From: Haliotis rufescens
Taxonomy: Eukaryota
NCBI RefSeq assembly: GCF_023055435.1
Contig: NW_025963890.1
Location: 34,534,001 to 34,598,000, forward strand
DNA length: 64,000 nt
Direction of reading: 5' to 3'
The translations under genes were made by a program, and so were the position numbers. The notes beneath the pieces were generated by a model. It saw nothing but the letters and a program-made list of their open reading frames with translations. It had not been told where the DNA came from and did not search any database. Positions 1-13,233 of the stretch are shown here, piece by piece (within the stretch, counting starts at the first letter, position 1; each line of letters opens with the position of its first letter).

Positions 1-310
1 ATTAATGGCTTTCGATAGCGCCTCGTGTCACGGAAATAAAATATTACTTAAAACTGAATTCCTACAGATATCCATTTAAACTCACCTCAATCGGTCATTG
101 TATGGTATGAAACAAATATTGAACTATGTTGCCTTGTGAATGCATCCCATTGTGATGCTGACAGGGTTTATCAGTCTGTGATAGCCAACTATCTACATCT
201 TCGAGAATCCTCCTCGATAGATATGTGACGCGATGCATTTAGCACTGCATACCTCCGTGTTAGATCTCCATGTTAACAGTGCAACCACGAACTGAATCAT
301 TTATCATATA

Positions 311-484
311 CAGTCGAACCTCGTTATATCGAACCTAGCGGATCCGTGTTGTAACTTTGTGATATCCGGACATTCGAGATAATGAGGCATGAACATTATA
401 TAATAAAGTGGCCTGGACTGGAGAAGAGGTTTGAGATATTAGTACGTTCGAGATATCTTGGTTCGAGACAACAAGGCTCGACTG
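311..484. mobile_element. MITE, Tc1/mariner-pogo(Tigger)-like
   Basis: Imperfect terminal inverted repeats CAGTCGAACCTCGTTATATCGAA ... TTCGAGACAACAAGGCTCGACTG, flanked by TA on both sides (309-310, 485-486); no ORF. Confidence 0.75.
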
Positions 485-1320
485 TATATGTTGGTTGCTA
501 ACATGGGGATCATGGAGGCATATACAAATGTATGTATATGTAACAAAAGAATTTGACTCTATGCCTGTCGGTACATGAGCTCTTAAAACAGCGACACATG
601 ATCTTCACCCAACGTATAGGGGATGTTGTATATCAATACACTTCATCACGCTCTTAAGGAACGCAGAATAGCTTATAACATTACGTGAAACTACATAGTG
701 TCATTAAATGCTGAAGTTGAGCACCGATAAATGTTAAATAAACAAGAGTTATTATTGCCGTAGTTGGAGATCACTTACCTGCAAAAAAGATAATTAATAT
801 GACATATCTACCAGGTGTGTGGACCTGCGTTTGCACAATCCAACAGTCACAAAAGCAGTACTGTAAGGATCTCTTCAATGATTGTACTTACATGGTACCA
901 CACTGATATACACATAAGTGAAATGAAGAACACATATGACTAAGATATGTCATTAAACACCTGCTCAATTTTTTTCATTTCATTCTACACACACACATAT
1001 TGCATGCACTAACGTATGCACATGCACATGTACCTACACATACCCATACAAACATACATGTACGAAGGTTCGATCCTACACTTTATATCGCAGACTAACC
1101 TAGGGAGTATGCAGCAGTGAGCCGATCTCCAAATATCCGAGGGATCAAACTCCACTACTTGCTGATTCAGCACTACAACCACCACAAATCCAGGTGAGGG
1201 GCTTGTGCATTTACAGGTGTGCACAAAGCGGAAAGTTAAACACACCTGAAAATCATGTTTCGTTTCAACTAAGATTTTGAAAAATTTTGCGCTTTGCAGG
1301 TCTGACATTTATTGAACTAA

Positions 1321-2740
1321 CAACACTGGGATTATGCTTGTTATTTGTAGATGTGGGCAACACTGAAATTATGCATGTAATATGTAGATGTGGGCAACAT
1401 TGGGATTATGCTTGTAATTTGTAGATGTGGGCAACATTGGGATTATGCTTGTAATTTGTAGATGTGGGCAACACTGGGATTATGCTTGTAATTTGTAGAT
1501 GTGGGCAACACTGAGATTATGCTTGTTATTTGTAGATGTGGGCAACATTGGGATTATGCTTGTAATTTGTAGATGTTGGCAACACTGAGATTATGCTTGT
1601 TATTTGTAGATGTGGGCAACACTGGGATTATGCTTGTAATTTGTAGATGTGGGCAACACTGAGATTATGCTTGTTATTTGTAGATGTGGGCAACACTGGG
1701 ATTATGCTTGTAATTTGTAGATGTTGGCAACACTGGGATTATGCTTGTAATTTGTAGATGTGGGCAATACTGAGATTATGCTTGTAATTTGTAGATGTGG
1801 TCAACATTGGGATTATGCTTGTAATTTGTAGATGTGGGCAACACTGGGATAATGCTTGTAATTTGTAGATGTGGGCAATACTGAGATTATGCTTGTAATT
1901 TGTAGATGTGGTCAACATTGGGATTATTCTTGTAATTTGTAGATGTGGGCAACACTAAGATTATGCTTGTAATTTGTAGATGTGGGCAACACTGAGATAA
2001 TGCTTGTAATTTGTGGATGTGGGCAACACTGGGATTATGCTTGTAATTTGTAGATGTGGGCAACACTGAGATTATGCTTGTAATTTGTAGATGTTGGCAA
2101 CACTGAGATTATGCTTGTAATTTGTAGATGTGGGCAACACTAAGATAATGCTTGTAATTTGTAGATGTGGGCAATACTGAGATTATGCTTGTAATTTGTA
2201 GATGTGGGCAACACTGAGATAATGCTTGTAATTTGTAGATGTGGGCAATACTGAGATTATGCTTGTAATTTGTAGATGTGGGCAACACTGAGATTATGCT
2301 TGTAATTTGTAGATGTGGGCAACACTGAGATTATGCTTGTAATTTGTAGATGTGGGCAACACTGAGATTATGCTTGTAATTTGTAGATATGGGCAACACT
2401 AAGATAATGCTTGTAATTTGTAGATGTGGGCAATACTGAGATTATGCTTGTAATTTGTAGATGTGGGCAACACTGAGATTATGCTTGCAATTTGTAGATG
2501 TGGGCAACACTGGGATTATGCTTGTAATTTGTAGATGTGGGCAACACTGAGATTATGCTTGTAATTTGTAGATGTGGGCAACACTGAGATTATGCTTGTA
2601 ATTTGTAGATGTGGGCAACACTGAGATTATGCTTGTAATTTGTAGATGTGGGCAACACTGGGATTATGCTTGTAATTTGTAGATGTGGGCAACACTGAGA
2701 TTATGCTTGCAATTTGTAGATGTGGTCAACACTGAGATTA
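1321..2740. repeat. Minisatellite, 37-bp unit, about 38 copies
   Basis: Head-to-tail unit CAACACTGAGATTATGCTTGTAATTTGTAGATGTGGG with a few recurring variants; no spacers. Confidence 0.97.
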
Positions 2741-2864
2741 AGTTGCGTTAAACCCAACTCACTCACACTCTTTAAATTTCTATATTAGATATGTCAACAC
2801 AAGTGGACAAAGGTTTCTTCAAGCGCATGTCCCAATCTTAGAGGAAAGCGTCAATGTGATATAG

Positions 2865-3044
2865 AGTGAGTGAGTGAGTAGTTGGGTTTAACGCCACTTT
2901 TAACAATGTTCCAGTTATATAACGGCGTGTGAGCTTAATGTGGGAGGAAAGCCCGAACAGATGCAGGTCTCCAACGAATCCGGCCCATGAGCTTAACGAG
3001 CCAGACGAGTCAGTCCCTCAACCACTAGGCTACCCCACCGCCCC
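2865..3044 (-). mobile_element. tRNA-derived SINE copy (family A-like body, family B-like head)
   Basis: (GAGT)n tail followed by GTTGGGTTTAACGCC as in family A; ends ACCACTAGGCTACCCCACCGCCCC as in family B. Confidence 0.65.
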
Positions 3045-3825
3045 TATAGTTTGGTTAAAGATGTTGAGTGCATTTATGAGCTTGGAACAACTCTAAAATA
3101 AGATATTAATAATTTCCCCCGACTTTTAATAGTCATTAACGTTTTACTTCCTTTTTAGAAACATTTTCATTGTTTTTTTGTTTTTTCATATTGAACTACA
3201 CGTACCCACTTCCGTAACATATGCATGCTGAAACATGCTGACCCTGGATGGCTCGTCTTATATCTGTCTAAGGATTTATGAAGCATAGCAATTTACCTGA
3301 CTTACCCGTCTGTTAACACATGCTTTCATGATTTAAGTCAATCAATGCAGTTATACTTGGTAGTTTGACATAATAGTATAACAATTTCACACAGGGGATA
3401 ATACATTAGTACAATGTCCTGTCTTCAAATAGTAATCGTCGAAAGGACCCTTGTTAATATTAATCATGAAACTGGAGCCTGACCATACTGAAACTAAAAA
3501 TCATGCTTTCTAATTGATCAGTTTGCTAGTAATCACCTTTTAATTTCACGTGACGTCATTCTACTTTACAACGAAATGTGAATGCCATGTCCTTGTATGC
3601 TAACATCGTTTAGCTCTGTCCTCAAAACATACCTCATATATTTCAAATACTAGTAGTTGAAAATGTTAATACTATTTTAAAGTATAAAGATGGATGCAAG
3701 AATATGTTTTCTCTGTACATTGATCTGTAGGTAACTATTATGCCAAAATATTGAATTAAAAGTTGGTTTATGAAGGCAAACCATTTTGCGAAAATCAGTA
3801 ATTGGATAGTCCCAGGTGCAGACGA

Positions 3826-4089
3826 GTGTGAGTGAGTTAGCTTTTAACAGTATTCCATTTATATCGCAGCATGTCAGCTTAATGTGTGAGGAAAACCTGA
3901 TGCAGGTCTCAGAAGTTTACTACTTCGGTGAAACCCACGAACACGGGTATGGTGCTGACAAACCTAGAAACATAATCGGGGCGAACCGGGATTCGAACCC
4001 ACAATCATATGTTTCTGGTGTGCCCAAGGGACGCAACTCTGCACAGCGAATCGCGGCGCCCTTAGACGACTGGGCCACCCGTGCCCCCG
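3826..4089 (-). mobile_element. tRNA-derived SINE family A, full length
   Basis: On -: head GGGGCACGGGTGGCCCAGTCGTCTAAGG (A box), GGTTCGAATCCC (B box), (ACTC)n tail; 11-bp TSD GGTGCAGACGA at 3815-3825 and 4090-4100; near-identical copies at 22802 and 27100. Confidence 0.9.
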
Positions 4090-4663
4090 GGTGCAGACGA
4101 AGAAGCACACTTAAGAGGAAACATTTATCAAATCAGTGTAGGTTAGTAAGAAACAGATATAATGAAACAGATATCTTCCGCAATATTCCCTTGAAAACTG
4201 AGTCACTGCACTTCGTTGCAGTTCCTGTAACAGGCTTAATTTCCTTTCTGAACAGTTTCCCTCAAGAATCAAACAACTTTATAGTTGTCAAAGCAGGACG
4301 ACACACGAGAACGCGTACAGAGGTAGAGTAGCCTTTACTTCTAGACAGATGTATATTGAAGCATAATGTAACTGAATAAATAAAGCCTTACGGCTAGTTA
4401 TATTTAATTCCACCTCAGAAGGAAGTTCTATGTAGTATGTATCTTACTAAATATATTACTTAAGGGGCATATGGATACTGACTTGACCCCGACACACTTG
4501 GGTAGGCAGTGCATACAACTCGACCAACTGGTGTCAGAGCATTCACTTTACAACGATTCACAGATGTAGGCTTATGATATACATAATAATTGGCAATATC
4601 GTATAAATAACTCTGGTTAATTCAATGTAAACATACGTCATCATTGTTTTCAGTAGAGGAAAT

Positions 4664-6975
4664 ATGGATTTGACTTGGATATTGTTAATCTATTCATCGC
4701 TTGATGTCGGAAGTTGGGGTACGTATACATATTACTATATATATATATATATTCATTTGTCTAAATACACATTGTTCCTTTTAAATGCTATGCATTCATA
4801 TCAATAAATGACTTTCTCATAACCTGTTTACTTGGTACCAATTCACTTCCTGCATATGAAACAACATCATTCTTTGCTTAAATCGTTTTTGTTTCAGGAG
4901 GCAATGATGTTTGCAAACATATTCACGAGTGCTGTCTTTATAAAGACAAACAGTGTAAAAGGGAAACGTCGTCAGATATTTGCAAAGTCGAATGCAGTAA
5001 ATATCATGATTGTTCCACAAATGACGTTCGGCTTTCGAAAGAAGGGATTGCATGTAATGCAAATTGTACAAATGACATTGGGGCATGTGATGTCGAATGC
5101 ATCCCTGGACATTACGGTACAAAATGTCATTTTGGATGTAATGGTAAATGTAGAATGCATAAGTGTTACAGAGATAATGGCTCGTGCGTTGACGGTTGTG
5201 AGGCAGGCTACTTTGGAGATAAGTGTGAGTCGGCATGTAACAGTAATTGCAAGGACAAAAAATGTGACAGGAGTAACGGAAGCTGCATCAATGGGTGTTC
5301 TCCTGGCTATTACGGTGAAGATTGTCTTAGTAAATGTGAAACATCATGCCGTTATCACGTTTGTGATGGGAAGACTGGCAACTGTCTTTTTGGATGCACT
5401 GAGGGGTTCTATGGGCTTCTGTGCCAAAAGACTTGCTCTGACGATTGCTTTCTGTGCCATCCTGAAATTGGGGAATGCATCATTGGTAGGTACATATTTG
5501 CAATAACTTTTGAAGTAAGTGCGAATTCAGAGCTTATCAGAGGGATTCGCGTATTGTGATACATACTTAAGTAACATAACCATATTATGTGGATAACAGA
5601 TTAAGAAAGGTTCTATATACCTTTGTGGATTCAGACAATAGCTCCTGGTAACTCTCTTGAATTGTTTCAGATCATATTCCTGAGCTCGAGGGTACTCCTT
5701 GCACCACGAAGATACTCGTTGTCTTTTGGGGGTCAGCTGGAGTGTTCATCCTCCTTGCTGGAGCGGCAGTGTTGATGTACAGGTAATTCACATTATTGTT
5801 TAATGTTTATGTATATTCAAACGCCAGTCTACATGTTGCCGTACATACGTAAGATAAACATACATGATGCCATTGGTCCAGATAATCAGCTATTGTTTTA
5901 AAACTGTTGATAACAGTAATGTTCTATTTTTCAAAAATATTTTTATCTTCTTTCATTTTCAATAACATGTCAAATATTAGCCCTGCTAACAATAAAATAT
6001 CAACATTTTAATCCACTTAGTCAGATCACCTTTTGACTGTTTATGACCCATCAGTGTAGTGATGAGTTATAACTTGTTTCCTAGTCATGGCTTAGGATAA
6101 TTCCTTTAGATCAACCATGATCAGCACCTTAGTCTTATTTTAGTTAATTACCTAAGTTAATAAATCTAACAGTAAAGTTTGCAATCAATACAATACAAAT
6201 GGGCTGATAACCTGACGCGTATACATTACTTTTGAAACTACACGTTGTCCGTCTGTATTGGTACAGTTAGGATAAAACAGCAAACAAAAAACGAATAATA
6301 TATTTCGTATTTATTCATCACAGGAGCCAAACTTGTAGTTACACTCACAAGAAAAAGAAGAGAGGATTAGACACGCTGTTCATAGATACTAGAGCTCCAA
6401 TGGGCTTACCCAACGTGCCCAGTCAGGACACCAGATCAAGCCACTATGAGGAAATCATGTGTGGTGACACAGATCGTCACTTTCAGCATATTAGTAAAAG
6501 TACGGGTAGTATAAACCTGAGAACCTTAATCAACACCATGAAACATCCAAACCAATGCAACACCGCTAAACGTAAAAGAAACAGGGCAAACGTCGGGAGA
6601 AACGCAATGTCACTTGCGTCATCGGTGCACACAATAGACAATTTTCCAACGTGTTGGCTAGGATCGGAGACTGATTTTGATGAAATGTCGGAACATCCTG
6701 ATAAGAAGGAAGCACCTCTGGTAAGATCCCTTCAAGCTTCCCAGAAGGAAGCCGTGCGTTTTTCAGATGCCCCAAAGGATGAGGATGAAGCAGAAGATAT
6801 GGATACATCCGTGAAGGAAAGAGAGGGAGAAACTAAGTCACAGGCTGACGATGTGCCAAGGGAAGAAGCTGGCAAGAGATCCTACATCTCCGCTGTTTTT
6901 AATGAAACGGATGAAGATACAATGATCGATGATACATGTAAAGGAATATATCCGGGATTGAAAAAGGAAGACTAA
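4664..6975 (+). CDS. G1: multiple EGF-like domain type I membrane receptor (MEGF10/SCARF-like), about 468 aa
   Basis: Exons 4664-4718 (signal MDLTWILLIYSSLDVGSWG), 4898-5485 (CxxGxxGxxC repeats), 5671-5782 (TM ILVVFWGSAGVFILLAGAAVLMY), 6324-6975 (tail with YEEI). All introns GT-AG, phases 1/1/2, 1407 nt in frame. Confidence 0.88.
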
Positions 6976-9137
6976 ACAGCCTTGTTTAGGTGTTTATTGT
7001 TTCTTTAAAAGGTTCAAAATAGTTTGTGGTAAACAGTCTGAAGCAAAGTGCATATATCTGTTGCAAGGGTGATTTCAAACTTCATATCTTACTTCCTCTT
7101 CTCGAACGAGGTTGATCAAACACGTTTGACTTTCTAGACATTAAGCCTTTTCAGCGTTTCCATTACATCTGGAACGTTCCCTCATTAAATGGTCACATAG
7201 AGTTCCACCAGGTGTTGACTGTAACATTGAAGACAGCACAGAGATTTTGCATATGTGGTCGCCCTTCTGTTTCCTGGACATTGTTGGTCGTACAATGTTT
7301 GTGAACCATATATATTTTGACCTTGACTTGATGACATGATGACTTTTAGAGTAATTCGTGATGATTCCATTTTTATTTGGTGATATTATATTATTAATTC
7401 AAAGGTCTTTTTACTCTAATCATTATGAGTGCGAAAACGACGTGGGAACTTATTTGTATGATACAAATGCTTGATTTCAATTATAGCTCTGCATTTGTGT
7501 CGATATAACATGAATATGAAGTTATTTCTGTTGAACCCAGTATGCGCTACATGCTATTTTATATCAATAAAATTAGTTTATACTAGATTTCTCCCTCTTG
7601 TACTTTTTATTTGTCATTTTACATGTTGAGAGTTTTCAAATGTGTAAATTGGTACGTGTTGTTTTATATAAAACTATATATCTATTTTTTGCCGAGACTT
7701 ATTCATACACTTAACGTGAATTCGAAGTATCTCGATGGCTGCATGAATCCCCCAGTCTCACCCATCAGTTGAGGCTCAAAGGAACTATTTTATGTATTGT
7801 CACGTTCGAAATGCAATACAGGCAAAAAGATAGATGCAAAGGGAGTTAGTATAAAACGTCACAATGTGAGTATGTAGGACTCTACATAATATCCTTTCGT
7901 CACCTTGTAAACAAATTTATGTTTATTCATATAGTTTTATCTATTATTGTTATTGTACAATAATATCTGCCAAAATAAGACGTCGAAGGAGCTACTTGCA
8001 GCTATATTCATTGTTGTCAGATTAGTAGTTTTTGTAACGAGTAAACACCAAGCAATATATATTAACTTGCCTTCCAATAGCGTTGTGGGTGCTCGCATTA
8101 TCCCTTACATTACGTAATTTGTAATTTTGTACGTTTCAGTACACGTCTTCAAGTGATAAATTGATTTTTACTATCGCTAGTGCCCATGTAGTATCGAAAC
8201 GAGGAACTAAAAAGTACACAGCAAACAGTACATAAACAAGTTTGATTATATTTATGAAACCATGTCACTAACGAAACAGTTAAATTGTTGGTATGGAATA
8301 AACACACTCTTCAATGTCAAATCAAAATTGATCTCAAAGAACTCGGTGATTCGACTGATTCCGAATCAGCACAACCTTATTACATCATGTTTGTTTCCTG
8401 TATTAATTACTCATGCTGTTTACTTGTGAAACATCAACCAAATACCCTTGATCAGTTTATGACTAAGATTCGGTTTATGTTTCCCGTTGATAAGTCTCTG
8501 ATGTCTGTGCAAATATGACATACCAGATTCTCATACCCGCCCGACCTTCCAGATACCCCACGCCACAACACATTATATTTGGAGTCTTCGTCATGTTCAG
8601 TTCTTTCACCAACGAAACTAGGAGCTTGTTTACGACCTTTTAAATATTCATAATAGCAGTACAGATTTATCGAGTATTATGTGCTGTCAAAACCTACGTC
8701 AAGTGAACGAACATATAAGATAACCGACTTGGTCAATGAAACTGTGACATTTGCGATAAAACATCACTAGATATGATGCTTTACCATTTCAATTGTATTT
8801 CCTGTTCAGGTAAGTGTTGTTTCATATGCAGAATTTACGATTACCGTGTGTATTAATCTCTTAAAATAAGCCGGAAATTGCAATCAGCTGTGCACACATT
8901 TTCTCCCATTACCACCGGTGATTCAGTAAAAAAACATTTACAGTCAGTTAACTCCTTTGCTTCGGGAAGATGCACTTTAATATATTGCCTGATGTCTTTA
9001 CGCATGGAACAGTTTGACGAGTCCCCGTTAGAAGCTTCCCGCGGACTTGGATGACGAAAACATATTATAGTCTAACTACGACAAATATGACTTATTACAA
9101 GTCAAAGTATGGCATCTGAGATATTTTCCATTCTCTG

Positions 9138-9420
9138 TTGTTTGTGCACCCCTCTATACAGCTGTATGTTTGTGCACCCCCTCTATACAGCTGTATGTTT
9201 GTGCACCCCCTCTATACAGCTGTATGTTTGTGCACCCCCTCTATACAGCTGTATGTTTGTGCACCCCCTCTATACAGCTGTATGTTTGTGCACCCCCAAT
9301 ACAGCTGTATGTCAGTGCACCCCCAATACAGCTGTATGTTTGTGCACCCCTCTATACAGCTGTATGTGTGTACACCCCTCTATACAGCTGTTTGTTTGTG
9401 AACCCCCTCTATACAGCTGT
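9138..9420. repeat. Minisatellite, about 29-bp unit, truncated by assembly gap
   Basis: Unit GTTTGTGCACCCCCTCTATACAGCTGTAT, about 10 copies, running into Ns at 9421. Confidence 0.95.
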
Positions 9421-9599
9421 NNNNNNNNNNNNNNNNNNNNNNNNNNNNNNNNNNNNNNNNNNNNNNNNNNNNNNNNNNNNNNNNNNNNNNNNNNNNNNNN
9501 NNNNNNNNNNNNNNNNNNNNNNNNNNNNNNNNNNNNNNNNNNNNNNNNNNNNNNNNNNNNNNNNNNNNNNNNNNNNNNNNNNNNNNNNNNNNNNNNNNN
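9421..9599. other. Assembly gap
   Basis: Run of N. Confidence 0.99.
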
Positions 9600-10594
9600 G
9601 TTATCATAAACTTAGTATGATATGTAAATCCCGTCAAGCAGAGAACAAATAACCAGAAAACGTACATGTATAAACTTGTATTGGGTCCACAGTGCGTCGT
9701 TCTGGACTGGAGTCTGCAGTAGAAATCTGCGTAATAAGAACATTCACCTGGTCCCCTGTGTCAGTTCACGTCGACAAAAGGATCGTTTAACGGGAAAGTA
9801 ATTTTAACAATTGTGATGACTATCTTTATGAAGGAACGTTTGGTGGGTATCTGTTGGAGATCAACACCATCCAGAGAATTTGTCAGTGTCCCCATGTCAC
9901 GATAGGTCTTTGTTTTAAAGCCTCATAGCGCGTCCACGACTTAGCATATCACTATTTCCTTACATAACAGAGTGTCACGTATACACAGCCTCTAGTTTCA
10001 TAATATGTCATCACCGTGAACTCCCAACATGCGTGAAGAGGATCCATCAACTGTATTGATCAGCATAGCGGAAATGAAACTTAATGAGTTTCTTAATAAA
10101 ATAATCATTATACGGCAAATACTGACGACAGTAATGAAAAAAGATAGATTTCCTCGGATTTGGGATACTATAAGTCAAATCCTGTAGGCAAGTTATCGAT
10201 CGCCTGGGTATGTATCAATTCATTACAGGTTCAGTCAAAGCTCTTAAATGAAATAAAATTTACCTTATACGTTTGAAATTAATCTTTTCAAATAACTTCT
10301 AACATTCCTTTTGAATACCACAAATTGTGGGAGCCTATTATAAACGATAATCATCTTTAGCTTAGAAGATGATACTAAATTAAGGCAGAGGTTATATAAA
10401 CTGACCCGGAACTATTGTCAATTTATGAAAGCATTCTAAAAACGAAATATCATCTACGTATATGATACTTATGCCTACATGATACTTCCATGTACATATA
10501 TGATATTATTATCTACACAGAAGAAAGTATCATCAACCATCGAACTATCGTCTTCGGTAACAATATTTTCGCGAGTAATTGACTATAGTTCCGG

Positions 10595-10722
10595 GTCCTT
10601 GTTTTAGCCCCTTAATGCCGAGCGCCAGACCGGGTAACAATAAGTACCATCTTTTAACGTCTTTTGGTATGACGCGGCCGGGGATCCAACCCCGGACCTT
10701 CCGCTCTCCGGGCGGACGCACT
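10595..10722 (-). mobile_element. tRNA-derived SINE family D, partial
   Basis: Reverse complement of the head of the 17589 copy (CCGGAGAGCGGAAGGTCCGGGG ... GGCGCTCGGCATTAAGGGGCTA). Confidence 0.75.
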
Positions 10723-10989
10723 ATGTGTGTGTGTGTGTGTGTATTACATGTATATTCAATACCAGTAGATGAATTCAGTCTGGAGAGTTTTATACAAAGC
10801 TATTTGCAACTGTTACCTCCTCTGCGACATCTCAATGGAATGTTTATCATACATTGGATCTTGTTATAGCCATTATATCTACCGTGTTAATGGGGGTTAA
10901 CGTCGCATTCAAGATAGTGTGTGCGTGCGTGCGTGCGCGTAGGCGCGTGCGTGCGTGCGTGCGTGTGTGTGCCACTCACACTCAGACAA

Positions 10990-11107
10990 TATTGTTTTAT
11001 CGCCCTAATTCCGAGCGCCAGGCAGGATAGTAACAGTACATCTTTGTACGAGGATCGAACCACCCATCTGCCGCTCTCCTGGCACATCCACTAGACCACG
11101 GAGGCGG
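10990..11107 (-). mobile_element. tRNA-derived SINE family D, partial
   Basis: On - reads ACCGCCTCCGTGGTCTAGTGG ... GGTTCGATCC ... CTGGCGCTCGG, matching the 17589 copy; a (GTGC)n tract lies at 10917-10970. Confidence 0.7.
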
Positions 11108-11307
11108 TACTTTAAATCTTTGAATGTTTTGTGAAATTTGAATTTTGAAAAAAATAACAGATAAGACTTATATTCAAATCCCAACGATGCGAACACTCTA
11201 ACATCAAGAATCCCGCTGCTTAGAAATGTAGTAATAAAACTTTGTGAACATGATAATAGTTATAAGAAGATCTCGATTTGTGGAAATTTGAATTCTAAAT
11301 ACTTATA

Positions 11308-11430
11308 GTGAGTTGGGTTTAACGCCGCCTTCAACGGTGTTCCATTTACGGCATGTCAGTTTAATGTAGGGGGAACGTCGGAAGTGCACAGCGAATTGCG
11401 GCGCATCAGACGACTAGGATAGACGTGCCC
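11308..11430 (-). mobile_element. SINE family A, internally deleted
   Basis: GTGAGTTGGGTTTAACGCCGC ... GCACAGCGAATTGCGGCGC ... GTGCCC; flanked by TAAATAC on both sides. Confidence 0.75.
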
Positions 11431-13233
11431 ATAAATACGTTTGATTAAAAGTGACTTACATTAAATTCATATGATGATAAACAAAATATTTATTTGGACT
11501 AAATGGTGTAAGATTCTCTCGGAACAAGCTAATAAGCCCTTTCCCTGTAAGATCTATAATAAGGAAGTTTGAACTGCCCATAAATAATTCATTTGAAATA
11601 TTTGATAGGAAAATAACCCCTATTTTAAAGTATGGAAGCGAAATATAGGGCTTTGTTTACAGAGAAAGTATGGAATGTGTCTGTAGGAAATTCTGTAAAT
11701 TCCAATTAGGTGTGGGGTATAGTTTTTCGAATGCGGCCACCTATGGGGAGTGTGGGAGACTTTCGTTAAGTTCTAATTATTATTGTTAAACTGCAAATGT
11801 TACATTTAAGTCAAAATATCAAATCTTGAAAAAGAACAACAGAATATACGGAAGTAGTGTCCATGCAACGTTGCATACAAAGTTTCAGAGCGAAGGACGT
11901 CTTTTGAGAGAGTTTTACAGCATATTCGAGGGTATCAAAGGGAGAAGGTAAGTACATAAAAAATTATATATTATCGAAAAATAACATGTGTTGAGCCCCG
12001 GCACTACTAACTTCGAACCTTTTGAAAAATGTCATGATCAGGTGTCATTATTGTTTTGAGAAGCAGTGTGAAGTTTGAGCTTCATTGTTCCGGTGGTTTC
12101 TGAAGAGAGAATGTTCACAAAACCTGGGATGCTTTTTTAGAGAAATAACAGCATGGTCAAGGTGCAAAGGTTAAATATAGGTCAAACTTAAAGTTCGAAA
12201 AAGAAACCCAGATTAGTATGTTGAGTAACACCACCAACTAAACACACAACGGATATCATTACTTTTGAAAAACATGGTAAGGGTTATCTATATAGCTGAC
12301 GAGGCGAATTTCGAATGTTTTGTAAGCACATTACACAAAACACATGTAGCGACAAGTTGTTTGTCGTTTGCAGTTTTAGGGGAAAGACCCTTCTTTAAAG
12401 CTGCAGAGTCCGTATCATTTCAGAATTTCACAATCTCCACAATCTAGTATATTTAAATGTTATTGACTCTCACGTCAGCACAATCTATTTGGACGTTTAT
12501 TATCATATAAACAAAATGCAGGTAGAGACATATCGCGTGACTGCATTTTACTGGAGCATGTAAAATGGAAATGATATTAACATTTGTCACGAACACGGCC
12601 CATGCCTTTTTATATTTTTCAATATTAATTCAAAAGAATTCACTTATTCTTTGAAAGGTCCTCTTCATTCATTATACGACTTGTCATACATTATGTAGAA
12701 AACAATGGTCGTTATCTTGATCTATTAAAGAAATAGCACCATTGTTCATGAAAATCAATCAAACGATCATAAAATGCACGCATAATATTATTGCCACGTA
12801 ACTGAAATTCAGGCTGTAAAGTTTACGGATCAAGAAACAGATTACAAATGGAAATACAAACACATCTTGTTATTATATTGCAAAATAATCCAGTATTTTC
12901 CGTAAAATGATAACACATGAACTGTTTCCTTTTGAGAACATTCAGTTTCCTTTAACATTTGATTTAATAGCCAATGTTTTTTTTATAGCAGGCACAGTTG
13001 GAGAAGAAGGAATGTGTCCTATGTACATTACGAATATGAGTTGTGTGGTATATGTATCAGTGAATAGATAGAAGATAAGAAGCATAACAAGTTTAAACAT
13101 TGAATGTGTTTATGGATGTAAGATTATTCAACATATTCAGGCAATGTGTCGCCATAGTGGTAGTGTCTGTTTTTGTGTTCGTGATAGTGTTCCCATTAAT
13201 TGGGTTACTATCCTCCTTTTCAACAGGGGAAAC

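Noticed and set aside
1321-2740. CRISPR-like array (37-bp periodic repeat)
   Set aside because: Units are contiguous with no unique spacers, no cas genes, eukaryotic context.
3826-4089. Functional tRNA genes at SINE heads (also 27100, 31709, 36200)
   Set aside because: A/B boxes are attached to SINE bodies, simple-repeat tails and TSDs; no convincing cloverleaf.
4832-5506. 224-aa ORF and similar overlapping or antisense ORFs over each EGF exon (e.g. 29952-30398, 36987-37499, 43592-44074, 50562-51359)
   Set aside because: Shadow frames of Cys/Gly-rich coding sequence; the Cys frame has the splice sites and paralog conservation.
8530-8640. Chromodomain-like peptide on - (KYNVLWRG...ENL)
   Set aside because: Too short and degenerate to support.
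9109-9667. Repetitive ORFs in several frames
   Set aside because: Translations of the minisatellite and N gap.
11520-12960. Possible non-autonomous DNA transposon
   Set aside because: Looks repeat-like but I could not define matching termini or a TSD.
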